Origin: an uncultured Gammaproteobacteria bacterium
Lineage (GTDB): Bacteria > Patescibacteriota > Microgenomatia > UBA12405
Direction of reading: 5' to 3'
DNA length: 64,000 bases
Assembly (NCBI GenBank): GCA_964503465.1
Contig: CAZCYZ010000001.1
Coordinates: 17,583-81,582 of the forward strand
Shown: positions 28,460 through 37,839 of the stretch, piece by piece
How the letters are laid out: every line of letters begins with the position of its first letter
Position numbering within the stretch: the stretch's first letter is position 1
The notes under the pieces: model-generated
What the model was told of the DNA's origin: nothing
Seen by the model: only the letters and a program-made list of their open reading frames with translations
Databases searched by the model: none
Made by a program: the position numbers and the translations under genes

Positions 28460-28760
28460 AATTAAGTGTGTATATCGTTTACGCGATTTACCACCCAAAA
28501 TCAGGAAAAATCTATATAGGTCAAACAGTCGACCTAGGTAATAGATTAAGGGAACATAACGATCCTAACTGCCAGCGCCATTTATATACCAAGAGGATCG
28601 GGATCGGCTGGGAAGTTCTTTATAAGGAAACTCAGCCGACCAGACAGCTTGCCTTAAAGCGAGAAAAACAGTTAAAAAGTTATCAAGGCAGATTGTTCAT
28701 TAAAAAACACATTACAGGTAGCTCTCCGCCAGCTGGCGGACGGTAGGGCACCGCCTGTAA
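28416..28760 (+). mobile_element. putative GIY-YIG cassette bounded by 29-bp tRNA-derived direct repeats
   Basis: Exact GTAGCTCTCCGCCAGCTGGCGGACGGTAG at 28416-28444 and 28718-28746. Confidence 0.6.
28468..28746 (+). CDS. small GIY-YIG nuclease
   Basis: VYAI...IYIGQT..L..RL.EHN...YT...W...A..RE.QLKS..GR. Confidence 0.9.
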   Translation: MYIVYAIYHPKSGKIYIGQTVDLGNRLREHNDPNCQRHLYTKRIGIGWEVLYKETQPTRQLALKREKQLKSYQGRLFIKKHITGSSPPAGGR

Positions 28761-28772
28761 TACTCAATACAT

Positions 28773-28845
28773 TCCCCTGTAGCTCAGTCGGTAGAGCGCT
28801 CGCCTGTTAAGCGATCGGTCCGTGGTTCGAGTCCACGCGGGGGAG
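28773..28845 (+). tRNA. tRNA-Asn (GTT)
   Basis: TCCCCTG..CTCGC-CTGTTAA-GCGAT..CGGGGGA-G. Confidence 0.92.
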
Positions 28846-28947
28846 CAAGCAAAATATATCCTAAAGATACGTAACAAATGTTTCTATGGTATGGCAAGAG
28901 TGACAAGTATATAATGTGGTTAATCAATAATTAAATTACTCAAATCC

Positions 28948-29973
28948 ATGTCTCCTCAAAAAGAAAAAATAGTTACCTCAGAACCGGATCTTCCAATTGA
29001 TCGTTTACGTTTAGCCTTCCGCCTTCAAGAAAGAGTCGAAGAAATCGACCAGGCTTTAGAAATAGCGGCACGGCCAAAGGATGTTTTAGGATTCGATGGT
29101 GCCCAGCCCGCCACCTTAAACGAGTTTCATCAACTTCGTGAAGCATATCAAGCGAGGTTGGATCAATCTCTCGCAAGTATGGATCCTTCTACTCGCGAGC
29201 AGTATGAGGCTATTTCTACGGCACGTCAGACTGCCAGAGAGGAAGAAGATAGTAGGGTACAAGCCTATCTAAAAGACCATTTTGGTGTCGATTGGGTCGA
29301 AACAGGTAGAACGCGGTTTGAGTGGAAACGTGAACATCCCCTTAATGTTGATACCGAATTGAATCCTGGTCATACCTGGGAGCAATATGAGGTAACACCA
29401 GAAGTCATGGCTGAAAAGGCTAGATTGTCTATGGAATTGTCACTCGTCTTATATGTCAGCCAACTTGCCACCGATCCCAGAGATCGTGTTGCATTTGATT
29501 TGAGCCAAGAAGCCTCTCAGGATTTACAGCGTATTTCTAAATGCCTAATGATACAAACGAATCGCATGCTGACGACTAATGGTGAGCAAAGAGACAGAAT
29601 CAGGCGGTTTGAAGATGTTGCCTGGAACTTTCGCAGAGAGACTGATGGGTTTTATCGGGCATTCGAACAAATCGCCGGAGATTCTATTTTCGAACCATAC
29701 AAGAAAGAGGAACCTCCAACAGAAGGCACCAAAATTGAGGAAGAACCTGCAGAAGTTAAATTCTATACCAGAGAATGTCCTCACTGTCAGGTTCAGTTTC
29801 ATAGCCGAAAAGCCGAGGGAAAATGCTACAATTGCACCCTTGACGAAATTACCCACGGGAATCCTCCCGAGGAAGGTGACTTTAACTCTGCCGGCATTAT
29901 ATCCGGTACACTCACAGATGAAGAGTGGAAAAATCTTCAAGCCGATCTGGCTGCAGTTGAGCTGGGTAGATAG
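28948..29973 (+). CDS. hypothetical acidic protein with C-terminal Zn ribbon
   Basis: CPHC..CYNC. Confidence 0.65.
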   Translation: MSPQKEKIVTSEPDLPIDRLRLAFRLQERVEEIDQALEIAARPKDVLGFDGAQPATLNEFHQLREAYQARLDQSLASMDPSTREQYEAISTARQTAREEEDSRVQAYLKDHFGVDWVETGRTRFEWKREHPLNVDTELNPGHTWEQYEVTPEVMAEKARLSMELSLVLYVSQLATDPRDRVAFDLSQEASQDLQRISKCLMIQTNRMLTTNGEQRDRIRRFEDVAWNFRRETDGFYRAFEQIAGDSIFEPYKKEEPPTEGTKIEEEPAEVKFYTRECPHCQVQFHSRKAEGKCYNCTLDEITHGNPPEEGDFNSAGIISGTLTDEEWKNLQADLAAVELGR

Positions 29974-30140
29974 TTCTGCTCCCATTCTTCCATCCAAATG
30001 CTATTCTATCGGTGAGTTTTTGTGGATATAACTGTTTCGAATGTTCTCCATCTCGTGGAGCATTGTGACCTCATATTTATAAATAAATCTGTGGCGATAT
30101 ATGTTTGAATTGAAGTTGCTAAACAGTTTATAATCACCTT

Positions 30141-30590
30141 ATGAAAGATGAATCATTAGTAATTACTGATTGGGATATGGATTATGCCGATCTCTCGCAG
30201 AGGGATGAGTATGAGGAACTTAAAGCCCAAATTACTGAAGTCTACGGTACACCAGAACGTGATTCAGTAGATTGGCAAGCGTGTCTTGATGCCACGCTAC
30301 TTGCCGTTTACCGTTCAGAAGTATCTCGTTGTCAAAGTCATGTTGTATCACCACCTGGATCAGAGACGGAAGAAGTCAGGCCGGCTGTTTTGGAGTCACA
30401 TCTTCGCATCGCTGAACAAAGATTAGCGATACACCTGGATCGTGTTGATCAAAGATGCTTGCAACCAGAATATGATACCGCTTTCGAACTTGCTGGCAAA
30501 AAATTAGACAAAGTATCCGAAGGTAATCCATACGCTGATATGTTTGTTCTTGCTCACTTAGGTGCTGGGTCGGTTCAGTTGGTAAGATAA
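30141..30590 (+). CDS. hypothetical protein
   Basis: TATAAT 6 nt upstream of the ATG. Confidence 0.6.
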   Translation: MKDESLVITDWDMDYADLSQRDEYEELKAQITEVYGTPERDSVDWQACLDATLLAVYRSEVSRCQSHVVSPPGSETEEVRPAVLESHLRIAEQRLAIHLDRVDQRCLQPEYDTAFELAGKKLDKVSEGNPYADMFVLAHLGAGSVQLVR

Positions 30591-30768
30591 TCTAGAATTT
30601 GGAGAGCAGTAATTTTTCGAATGTTCTTCGTTCCGTAGAGCATTAAGTAACACCAAAAATTCTAAAATCATTCCACTCCTCGAGCCAGCAAAATATTTCC
30701 GAAGAATACGTACATTAACTCATGACACATAGTTTAGTAGAAGTGTTGTTCACTGCTATAATCATCCT

Positions 30769-31602
30769 ATGAACATAACCGCCGACACCAAAGTCATTGC
30801 TCGTCTTCATACCAAACCCAGTCCCAGAGGTCTTAATATCTATAATCCATTCTTTCAAGAATCTAATCTCAATGCTGTCTATCTACTCTTTTTTAACCCT
30901 GACCCGGCTCCTCTTATTTCAGCCATGCGTGGGTTTAATATCGCCGGAGCCATCACAGCCGGATTTGAGTCGGATGACAGACTTCCATCTCTTTTGGATG
31001 AAGTCGATGACGTTTCTGCCTACACGGGTCGAGTCGGGTTCATCACTAATAATGGTGGGAAATTAATCGGATCATCACAAGGTGGTCAGGGATTACTAAG
31101 ATCTATCCTCAAACATGGCCATATTGAAAATAAGAAACTTGTTATAGTCGGTTCTGGCAATATCGCCAAAGGATTGTTGTTTAACATAAAAAAACAGTTT
31201 CCTGATCCTCCCGAAGTAGTTCTAGTTAACCGCACAATTGAAAAGGCGCTATCCATTCAAAGAGATTTTTCATTTGTCACTTCCACCAAGTCAGTCACTG
31301 ATCTGTCTACCGAAACTGGTGATATTTTAGTTAATGCTACTGATATTGGTGGCAGTCAAGCTGACGATGTTTACACCGAATCAATCGTTGGCAACTTTCA
31401 GACGATAGCCGATGTCACTTTTGAAACCGAGAACACTAATCTGGTTAATCTGGCTAAGAAATTGAATAAACAATTCTCAACCGGCTGGGATATGTTTGCT
31501 TATCAAGGCCAGGTTATTCTCGAAAGTATCTTTCATACAGGCATTGATATTGGTTCGCTCAGAAAGCATGTTGTAAGTGGATTATCAGAAGTTGTTTCTT
31601 AG
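30769..31602 (+). CDS. shikimate dehydrogenase-like oxidoreductase (divergent active site)
   Basis: AroE architecture: VIVGSGNIA, VNRT..KA, LVNAT, GWDMFAYQG. Confidence 0.8.
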   Translation: MNITADTKVIARLHTKPSPRGLNIYNPFFQESNLNAVYLLFFNPDPAPLISAMRGFNIAGAITAGFESDDRLPSLLDEVDDVSAYTGRVGFITNNGGKLIGSSQGGQGLLRSILKHGHIENKKLVIVGSGNIAKGLLFNIKKQFPDPPEVVLVNRTIEKALSIQRDFSFVTSTKSVTDLSTETGDILVNATDIGGSQADDVYTESIVGNFQTIADVTFETENTNLVNLAKKLNKQFSTGWDMFAYQGQVILESIFHTGIDIGSLRKHVVSGLSEVVS

Positions 31603-31644
31603 TTTATGCCCGTGTAATTTAGGCATTCGATAGCTAATCAACAT

Positions 31645-32757
31645 ATGTCCGAGAATCCTCAGTCAATAGTCAGTCGAGAAAAACCACCAGTTGACCTATT
31701 GGCCGACGAAGTTGTCAGATTAAGAGAATCACTCGAAAGACGTGGCGAACAATTGGGTTTTTCCAACATCCTAGCTTTGTCTTATGTTGTCGAACTTTAT
31801 TCTAGCGTTAATGGTCAACAATCCCTAGTGGAGTGGTTTCGTGACCCAAAATCTGACGAAGAAATTTTTACTCTTCAACAATCAGTGGACTTAGGACATG
31901 TACTCGAAAATGCCAATAGGTTATCGGCCATTCATGGGATAACTCCTCCTCCGTTATCTACCGATCTTACTGTTCCCCAAGATCAATTGGCTATTCCCAG
32001 GACACCCGCCCAAGTTGATCAAGAGATTCTCGATGCTACTGAAACCTTACCCGGTGAACGTCTAATTACCCTTTTTCGCTATGTTGATACCGTTGGTTGG
32101 AGAGATGACACCCAGTCCATGGAGCCAGATGAGATTAGATCATTTATGGATGAACCGTCTAATCAGGTAATCAATCACGCTCGAGGCTTACGATTTCCCG
32201 TGGCAAGTATTGAGGACGCTCGAGGCATTAGACATGAATCGTTATTTGCTCTTAGCCAGCTAATTACATATCCAAGATTTGTTTTGGATAGAACTGATGA
32301 TGTTGTTTATTCCGGATTAGTCAATGAACCAAGACACCTTGACATCCTTCGTGAACACTTACTCCTCTCGGAAAGGGAGTCACTGGCTCGCTCTGTTCAA
32401 AGGGCTGACAAAGTTGTTGCTTTTACCTCCGCATCAGTTGGTAGTCAAGGTCTATGTAATTGGGGATTTTTTTGTATTGAAATGCAGGTCCCAGAGAGAT
32501 TAATTCTCAATGTTCGAGACTTGTGTATTCAGGGCGATGAAGTTATGGGTGACAACGATGGAGTTGATCCGGACACACGACAGAGACTATCACTCTCAAT
32601 TCATTCCTACCCACCTCCACTAGAAACTTATCAAAGTGTTGGCGGTATTCACCTAGACGAAATGGCTGTTCTTGGGGGTATTAGGCGAGAGTGGGTAAGG
32701 TCTGTCATCGACATTAGGGACCAATCAATTGTGTGGCAGAAATCGTCAGACAAGTAA
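31645..32757 (+). CDS. hypothetical protein
   Basis: 370-aa ORF. Confidence 0.65.
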   Translation: MSENPQSIVSREKPPVDLLADEVVRLRESLERRGEQLGFSNILALSYVVELYSSVNGQQSLVEWFRDPKSDEEIFTLQQSVDLGHVLENANRLSAIHGITPPPLSTDLTVPQDQLAIPRTPAQVDQEILDATETLPGERLITLFRYVDTVGWRDDTQSMEPDEIRSFMDEPSNQVINHARGLRFPVASIEDARGIRHESLFALSQLITYPRFVLDRTDDVVYSGLVNEPRHLDILREHLLLSERESLARSVQRADKVVAFTSASVGSQGLCNWGFFCIEMQVPERLILNVRDLCIQGDEVMGDNDGVDPDTRQRLSLSIHSYPPPLETYQSVGGIHLDEMAVLGGIRREWVRSVIDIRDQSIVWQKSSDK

Positions 32758-32842
32758 TTTTCTATCTACCCCTTGCTGTGTCGTTGTTCGTCCAAATATA
32801 ATACGATTATAGCCTATAACATGATATAATCCCATTCATATT

Positions 32843-33484
32843 ATGCCCGTAACTATTGAACAAGTTGGCCATGCTTGGGATGGTCTGACTGCCGAGGATC
32901 ATGCTTATGGTCAAATTGTCGCCACTGGTATGGCCGCTATCCTTGAATCGCGTGGATATGGTCATGATGCCGGGCCAATTTGGCAAACCATTGGTGTCAG
33001 TCAGGAAGTTCAACTTAGACTTGACCCACAGGAGACATTTACTAGGGCAATTGAGTTAGTTATGTTGAATGATGGTGGCGATCCCGACTCTCAACAGTTT
33101 GTTCAATGGCTTCAGGGCAATGGCCTTCAACAACTTACCGATCCTCGATTGACGCCTTACCTTGAACCTTATCTTGCTACTTCTGACAGCACCCCGTTTG
33201 TTAATCGACTTCTAAGTTTTGTCAATCATCCCATTCCTTATGATCAAATATCTACCAAGCACGACCTTGGCTATTTTCCTCAATGTTACCTAACCTTTAT
33301 TTCTGTCCTACTCGCTTCACGTCTTAGTGGTGCTGGCAACACCGAGTTGATTACTCGCCTTAGGGAAGCATCATCAGAATTACTCACTACTCCTGACTTT
33401 CAAAGAATTGTTGGTCTCTATGCTACTATTACCGACACTCGGCAATTTGCCGAACAATTATCAATCTCTACATTTAATGCCTAA
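32843..33484 (+). CDS. hypothetical protein
   Basis: 213-aa ORF. Confidence 0.6.
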   Translation: MPVTIEQVGHAWDGLTAEDHAYGQIVATGMAAILESRGYGHDAGPIWQTIGVSQEVQLRLDPQETFTRAIELVMLNDGGDPDSQQFVQWLQGNGLQQLTDPRLTPYLEPYLATSDSTPFVNRLLSFVNHPIPYDQISTKHDLGYFPQCYLTFISVLLASRLSGAGNTELITRLREASSELLTTPDFQRIVGLYATITDTRQFAEQLSISTFNA

Positions 33485-34010
33485 AGATCGTTTATATGGC
33501 CTTCCCGTACGTACTAAGGTCGTCAAAATAACTCAAGGTTGGCACGGTCCGTTTAGTCATCAGGATCTCGGCGGTGGTCGAACAGATATGACCTTTGCTG
33601 TTGATTTTAGTGCCGAAGAAGATACCCCGGTTGTAGCCGCCAGAGCTGGTAAACCCAGAATTGTTGTCGATCATCACCAAAGCCACTACGAAGGTGATGA
33701 CCCAAAAATAGGTTTAGCCGTTAACACCACCAATCTGGTGATTATCGAGCATCGAGATGGCACCGAAGTGGAATATACAGTCTATTCTCACCTTAAGCCA
33801 GGCAGTGTGCCAGAAAAAGTTAAAAACGGACAAATGGTTGATGAGGGAGAACAAATAGGTCTATCTGGAAAAAGTGGTTGGGTTCCTGTGCCCCATGTTC
33901 ATTTCCAGGTTTTGTCTCGTAAATCTCCAGATCAAAGATTAAGAAGTCGCCCAGTACGTTTTAGGGGTTATAACGGTCCACTGGAAGACGATAAGATTAG
34001 AGGAAAATAA
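33477..34010 (+). CDS. M23 family metallopeptidase
   Basis: SH...AVDF, PVVAARAG, YSHL, SGKSG..PHVHF. Confidence 0.88.
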   Translation: MPKDRLYGLPVRTKVVKITQGWHGPFSHQDLGGGRTDMTFAVDFSAEEDTPVVAARAGKPRIVVDHHQSHYEGDDPKIGLAVNTTNLVIIEHRDGTEVEYTVYSHLKPGSVPEKVKNGQMVDEGEQIGLSGKSGWVPVPHVHFQVLSRKSPDQRLRSRPVRFRGYNGPLEDDKIRGK

Positions 34011-34044
34011 CATCCTTATAACATTTCAAATGCTATAATTACCC

Positions 34045-34350
34045 ATGACCATTGAAGCTACTAAACGCCAAATCGGTATATCTAGGGTCTTTGATGTCTT
34101 AGCCAAAGTCCATATTGAAAAACATTTACCAGGAGAGGTTCCGGTACTACGTCAACTACAGTGGGAAAACCCAGGGTCTGCCGATGCTAGATTGTTAAGT
34201 ACAGTTATTACCTTAAGACAACAAGGCAAAATGCCCGATGCTCGCACTATGTGGGCTGATGCAGAGAGAATGTACGATCTGCCTGTCGATAGACAAGGAG
34301 ATGCTTATCTTGCTTACCACCAGAGAGTATTTAGCGATCAATCAAAATAA
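34045..34350 (+). CDS. hypothetical protein
   Basis: TGCTATAAT just upstream of the ATG. Confidence 0.55.
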   Translation: MTIEATKRQIGISRVFDVLAKVHIEKHLPGEVPVLRQLQWENPGSADARLLSTVITLRQQGKMPDARTMWADAERMYDLPVDRQGDAYLAYHQRVFSDQSK

Positions 34351-34355
34351 TAATT

Positions 34356-34844
34356 ATGGCAAAAACTGAATTTGCATCTGAACTACGTCGATTAACTGAG
34401 AAACATGGACCAAAACTTGGCCTAAAGCCGAATGAAGTTGTTGGTGCGGTTATGGTTTGGCCGTCTAAAGCGGACATGCGACGATTTCAGGAAGGCATAC
34501 CGGAAGAATTATTAGCCCTCAAGGAGCTTAAGGCCGTTCAAGAAACTGGACAAGTCGTTGCTGAATTAAACGCTGGCAATATCCCACTTACTCGAGAACA
34601 AATTCAAAGGCTATCGCCACGAAGAGGAGTTGGAATTCGTATTCTTTGGAGTCTAAGTACTGGCGAGGATACTGCCACAATAAATGAAGAATTGGATGGT
34701 GGTACTAGACGAGGTATCAGAACTCGAGTTCTCACTGATACAGAAAAACAATCAGTCGGTATTCTCGATGACGTTGTTACCGTCACTACCCTTCGATTAC
34801 GTCCTGATAGTCCTATTCTTAGAAAAGTCAAACCAGCATCTTAA
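34356..34844 (+). CDS. hypothetical protein
   Basis: Operonic ORF. Confidence 0.55.
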   Translation: MAKTEFASELRRLTEKHGPKLGLKPNEVVGAVMVWPSKADMRRFQEGIPEELLALKELKAVQETGQVVAELNAGNIPLTREQIQRLSPRRGVGIRILWSLSTGEDTATINEELDGGTRRGIRTRVLTDTEKQSVGILDDVVTVTTLRLRPDSPILRKVKPAS

Positions 34845-34860
34845 AAATTTCATCCACACA

Positions 34861-35240
34861 ATGACTGAAAAAACCCAATGGTTATTTGATAGAAGTAAAT
34901 TAATGCGTGGTGCATCTCCAGTTACTCTAGAGGTCGAACTTACCCCCCAGAACTGGCTTTGTTAGAAGAAATTCGGGCCCTCGAAGATAGTCCTGAAGTT
35001 GGCCACAGTGTTGCTTCGGGTTCTGGATATATGAGGCAGTATGAAACAGAAAAACGAGCCCCCTTTGGTTATCGTTTGACCAGACCAAGGGGAGAGGTTT
35101 TGGCTGACGCCAGAGCCAGTCGTGATTATCTTCGTCAAAATCTCGCGGGAATTGATAGACAGTCATCTGAATGTTCTACTCAAGTTAGGGGAATCATCTC
35201 CAGACTAAACAAAGTGCTTGGCGAGGAAGAAGATAAATAA
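34861..35240 (+). pseudogene. hypothetical gene frameshifted at a C6 tract
   Basis: The ATG 34861 frame joins the 34959-35240 frame if the C-run at 34943-34948 changes by +1 or -2. Confidence 0.5.
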
Positions 35241-35301
35241 TCCGTCACCCACTTCCTCATACCTGTACTATTCATTCGGGGGAGCCCAGTATAATATACT
35301 C

Positions 35302-35727
35302 ATGAAACGTGTCATCTCTGCCGGTGGAATAATCACCAAAATAGAAAACGATCAGCTCAAGATTTGTCTTGTCCGATTAAGACCTCCAATGAAGGGTTAT
35401 GTTTTTCCCAAAGGTCATGTTGAATTGGGTGAAACTTATGAACAAACTGCCCTCCGAGAGGTGGCCGAAGAAACCGGATTGTCTAATTTAACTATCAAAC
35501 AGAAGTTGGGCGTTGTTCAAAGACAATCAACTGAAAACGACGGCACTCAAGTGACTAAGAATATTCATCTTTATTTGATGACTACCGATAGTTTTCAGCA
35601 TAACCAATCAGACGAAAGATATGAATGGTTTACTATTGACGAGGCTCTCAAAGCTCTTAATTTTATTGAAGAAAAAGAGTTCTTATTCAAAAACAGAGAT
35701 CAAATTTGCGACTCCGATCAGCTCTAA
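35302..35727 (+). CDS. NUDIX hydrolase
   Basis: PKGHVELGETYEQTALREVAEETGL. Confidence 0.92.
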   Translation: MKRVISAGGIITKIENDQLKICLVRLRPPMKGYVFPKGHVELGETYEQTALREVAEETGLSNLTIKQKLGVVQRQSTENDGTQVTKNIHLYLMTTDSFQHNQSDERYEWFTIDEALKALNFIEEKEFLFKNRDQICDSDQL

Positions 35728-35751
35728 ATCTCCACCACTCCCCGAGCACCA

Positions 35752-35781
35752 AAAATCCCCTCCATCACGGAGGAGATTTTA
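35752..35781. terminator. probable bidirectional terminator
   Basis: AAAATC.CCTCC-ATCAC-GGAGG.GATTTT between convergent genes. Confidence 0.65.
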
Positions 35782-35799
35782 GTTTTTGTAAACAGAACT

Positions 35800-36162
35800 T
35801 TACTGGCTGTTGTTCATTCCACAACCTCTACCACTCCCATTTCCTCGCCCCATTCCATATTTGGCTCTAAAAGCATTCAATAGGGTAGGGTCACCTTTTT
35901 GAGCCGTCAGTTGAGCTGTCGCAAACTCTTTGAAGTTAGATTCGTTGACGAATCGAGTGGCACCACGTCCGGCCATATTGGCGACCCAGGCTTTGTAATC
36001 ACCTTTTTGAAAGGCAGTCACGTTGACAGTGTGTCTGGCTTCTGTGTAATTAGGGCCACGAACTGTGGCATCACCACGATAAGCAAGAACCGGGGCAAAT
36101 GATTTAACAGCTACTAAGCCCAGTGCTATCGCGGCGATACCAAGAGCAATTTGAGTTTTCAT
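35800..36162 (-). CDS. secreted hypothetical protein with Gly-rich tail
   Basis: Signal peptide and GMGRGNGSGRG tail; lies downstream of the ECF/anti-sigma pair. Confidence 0.7.
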   Translation of the reverse strand: MKTQIALGIAAIALGLVAVKSFAPVLAYRGDATVRGPNYTEARHTVNVTAFQKGDYKAWVANMAGRGATRFVNESNFKEFATAQLTAQKGDPTLLNAFRAKYGMGRGNGSGRGCGMNNSQ

Positions 36163-36222
36163 ATAAATTGATTTGAATTATTAATATGACTTGCGCAGTC
36201 TATTAGTAATACAAACCAGGCC

Positions 36223-36900
36223 CTAGTTTTCTTTCATCATGTTTTGCCCCATGCCATTCCATGGTCTAACTTCATCTATAGAAAAACTGTTTGACCCAGT
36301 TTGGGTGCCGATTAGTTTTATCTCTTCACCAACCACCACCTGAACTCTACCTCTGATTAATGGATTTTGGCCACTAATATTCCATACTTTATTGTTAAAA
36401 TCCTTGATCTGAAAATTATTTGGACCAGTGATATTAATAATTTCACCAGACAAATAACCTTGTTCTGGATTGTTCCATACCATCATTCTCATTGGTACCA
36501 CTTGACGATACAAGGAGGACCGCAATTCTAGACTTCGATCCACTCTACTCGCGATACCAAGCTTAAAAATGGCTCCACCAATAATTAATCCAACAATCAT
36601 GATAAAAGTAATTACTTGCCACTTTTGGAAACGATAAGCCCTTTTCGTTTTTTCAAAAAATAGAAAAGATAATCCCAAAAATAATATGGCAATAAATAGC
36701 CACGGGTATGGCGTAATAATATTATCTGCCAGACCAAACCACGACACTCCTGTCCCTAAAACCAATAATCCTAGGCTAACAATAAAACCCAGCCACAAGC
36801 TCCATTTCTTCATCACAAACTCCCACCTGGGAATCGGCCTCAATTGTTGTTGGTTGATAAGCTTTAGTGATTTATCGCTAATATTTGTTTTCCTTTTCAT
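36223..36900 (-). CDS. putative membrane anti-sigma factor
   Basis: Overlaps the sigma gene end. Three TMs and a C-terminal OB-like domain. Confidence 0.6.
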   Translation of the reverse strand: MKRKTNISDKSLKLINQQQLRPIPRWEFVMKKWSLWLGFIVSLGLLVLGTGVSWFGLADNIITPYPWLFIAILFLGLSFLFFEKTKRAYRFQKWQVITFIMIVGLIIGGAIFKLGIASRVDRSLELRSSLYRQVVPMRMMVWNNPEQGYLSGEIINITGPNNFQIKDFNNKVWNISGQNPLIRGRVQVVVGEEIKLIGTQTGSNSFSIDEVRPWNGMGQNMMKEN

Positions 36901-37453
36901 AGATTTCCTTAAATTGTATTTTTGCCCGGGAGAGTAGTGTCGCCACTGTTCCCATTGGCTTTTGTAAAATATCGCTAATTTCTGAATAGTCTTTATCTTC
37001 AAAGAATTTCAAGACAATAACCTCTTTATAATCTGGTTTTAATTTCTCTATTATTGCTTTGACGTAATCGTTAAAATGTTTCGTTATCGTTTCCTTTTCA
37101 ATATTGGTATCGGCTACCAACCAATCGACAAACTCATTATCATTTTCGATATCAATTTTCACCGACTGCTTATTCTTCTTCATAAAATTCACCGCTTGGT
37201 TGTGAACTATTCGATACAGCCAGCTGCTAAATTTCAAATTACAGTCACAATCATTTAGGTGTTGGTAAGCTTTAATAAATGATTCTTGGACAATATCAGC
37301 AATGTCATCATCCTTCAAATACGTAAATCTACGGACATAGTTCGCCAGTTTCTCTTCATATCTTCTCATTAGGCAATAAAAATACCGACTGTCGTCTATT
37401 GACAACACCACTAATTCCTTATCTTCTAAACCGTAGCATTGTTCATCAATCAT
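36878..37453 (-). CDS. ECF RNA polymerase sigma factor
   Basis: DIVQESFIKAY, FSSWLYRI, EIS.IL..P.GTV...LSRA. Confidence 0.92.
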   Translation of the reverse strand: MIDEQCYGLEDKELVVLSIDDSRYFYCLMRRYEEKLANYVRRFTYLKDDDIADIVQESFIKAYQHLNDCDCNLKFSSWLYRIVHNQAVNFMKKNKQSVKIDIENDNEFVDWLVADTNIEKETITKHFNDYVKAIIEKLKPDYKEVIVLKFFEDKDYSEISDILQKPMGTVATLLSRAKIQFKEIYEKENKY

Positions 37454-37578
37454 GGCTTATATATAGTATATATACAGTTAGCCCAATGATTTTCTTTCAC
37501 TCAAATCATTTATCTCTAACTTGCCGGGTGTAATATAATCACTCCATACCAATAATTATGTTATTTTAAAGCCAAAAT

Positions 37579-37839
37579 ATGAAAATCCAAGTTTTGGGCT
37601 CTGGTTGCCCCACCTGTAAGAGGCTTTATGAATTGACTCAAACTGCCGTTAAAGAACTGAATGTTGATGCTGAAGTTGAATATTCCACCGACATTTCAAA
37701 AATCATTGAACTTGGTGTTATGGAATCACCAGTTATGACCATTGACGGCAAAATAGCTCTTCTTGGTTCTGCCAGTTTAGAAAAAATCAAAGACATTATT
37801 ACCAAAAAACCTACTTGCACCTGTGGAGGTAAATGTTAA
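37579..37839 (+). CDS. small thioredoxin-like redox protein (MTH895/ArsE-like)
   Basis: IQVLGSGCPTC, GVMESP..IDG. Confidence 0.85.
   Translation: MKIQVLGSGCPTCKRLYELTQTAVKELNVDAEVEYSTDISKIIELGVMESPVMTIDGKIALLGSASLEKIKDIITKKPTCTCGGKC

Noticed and set aside
36190-36235. ECF-type promoter before 35800-36162
   Set aside because: The GAAA..GTATTA match is suggestive, but spacing is ambiguous and there is only one instance.
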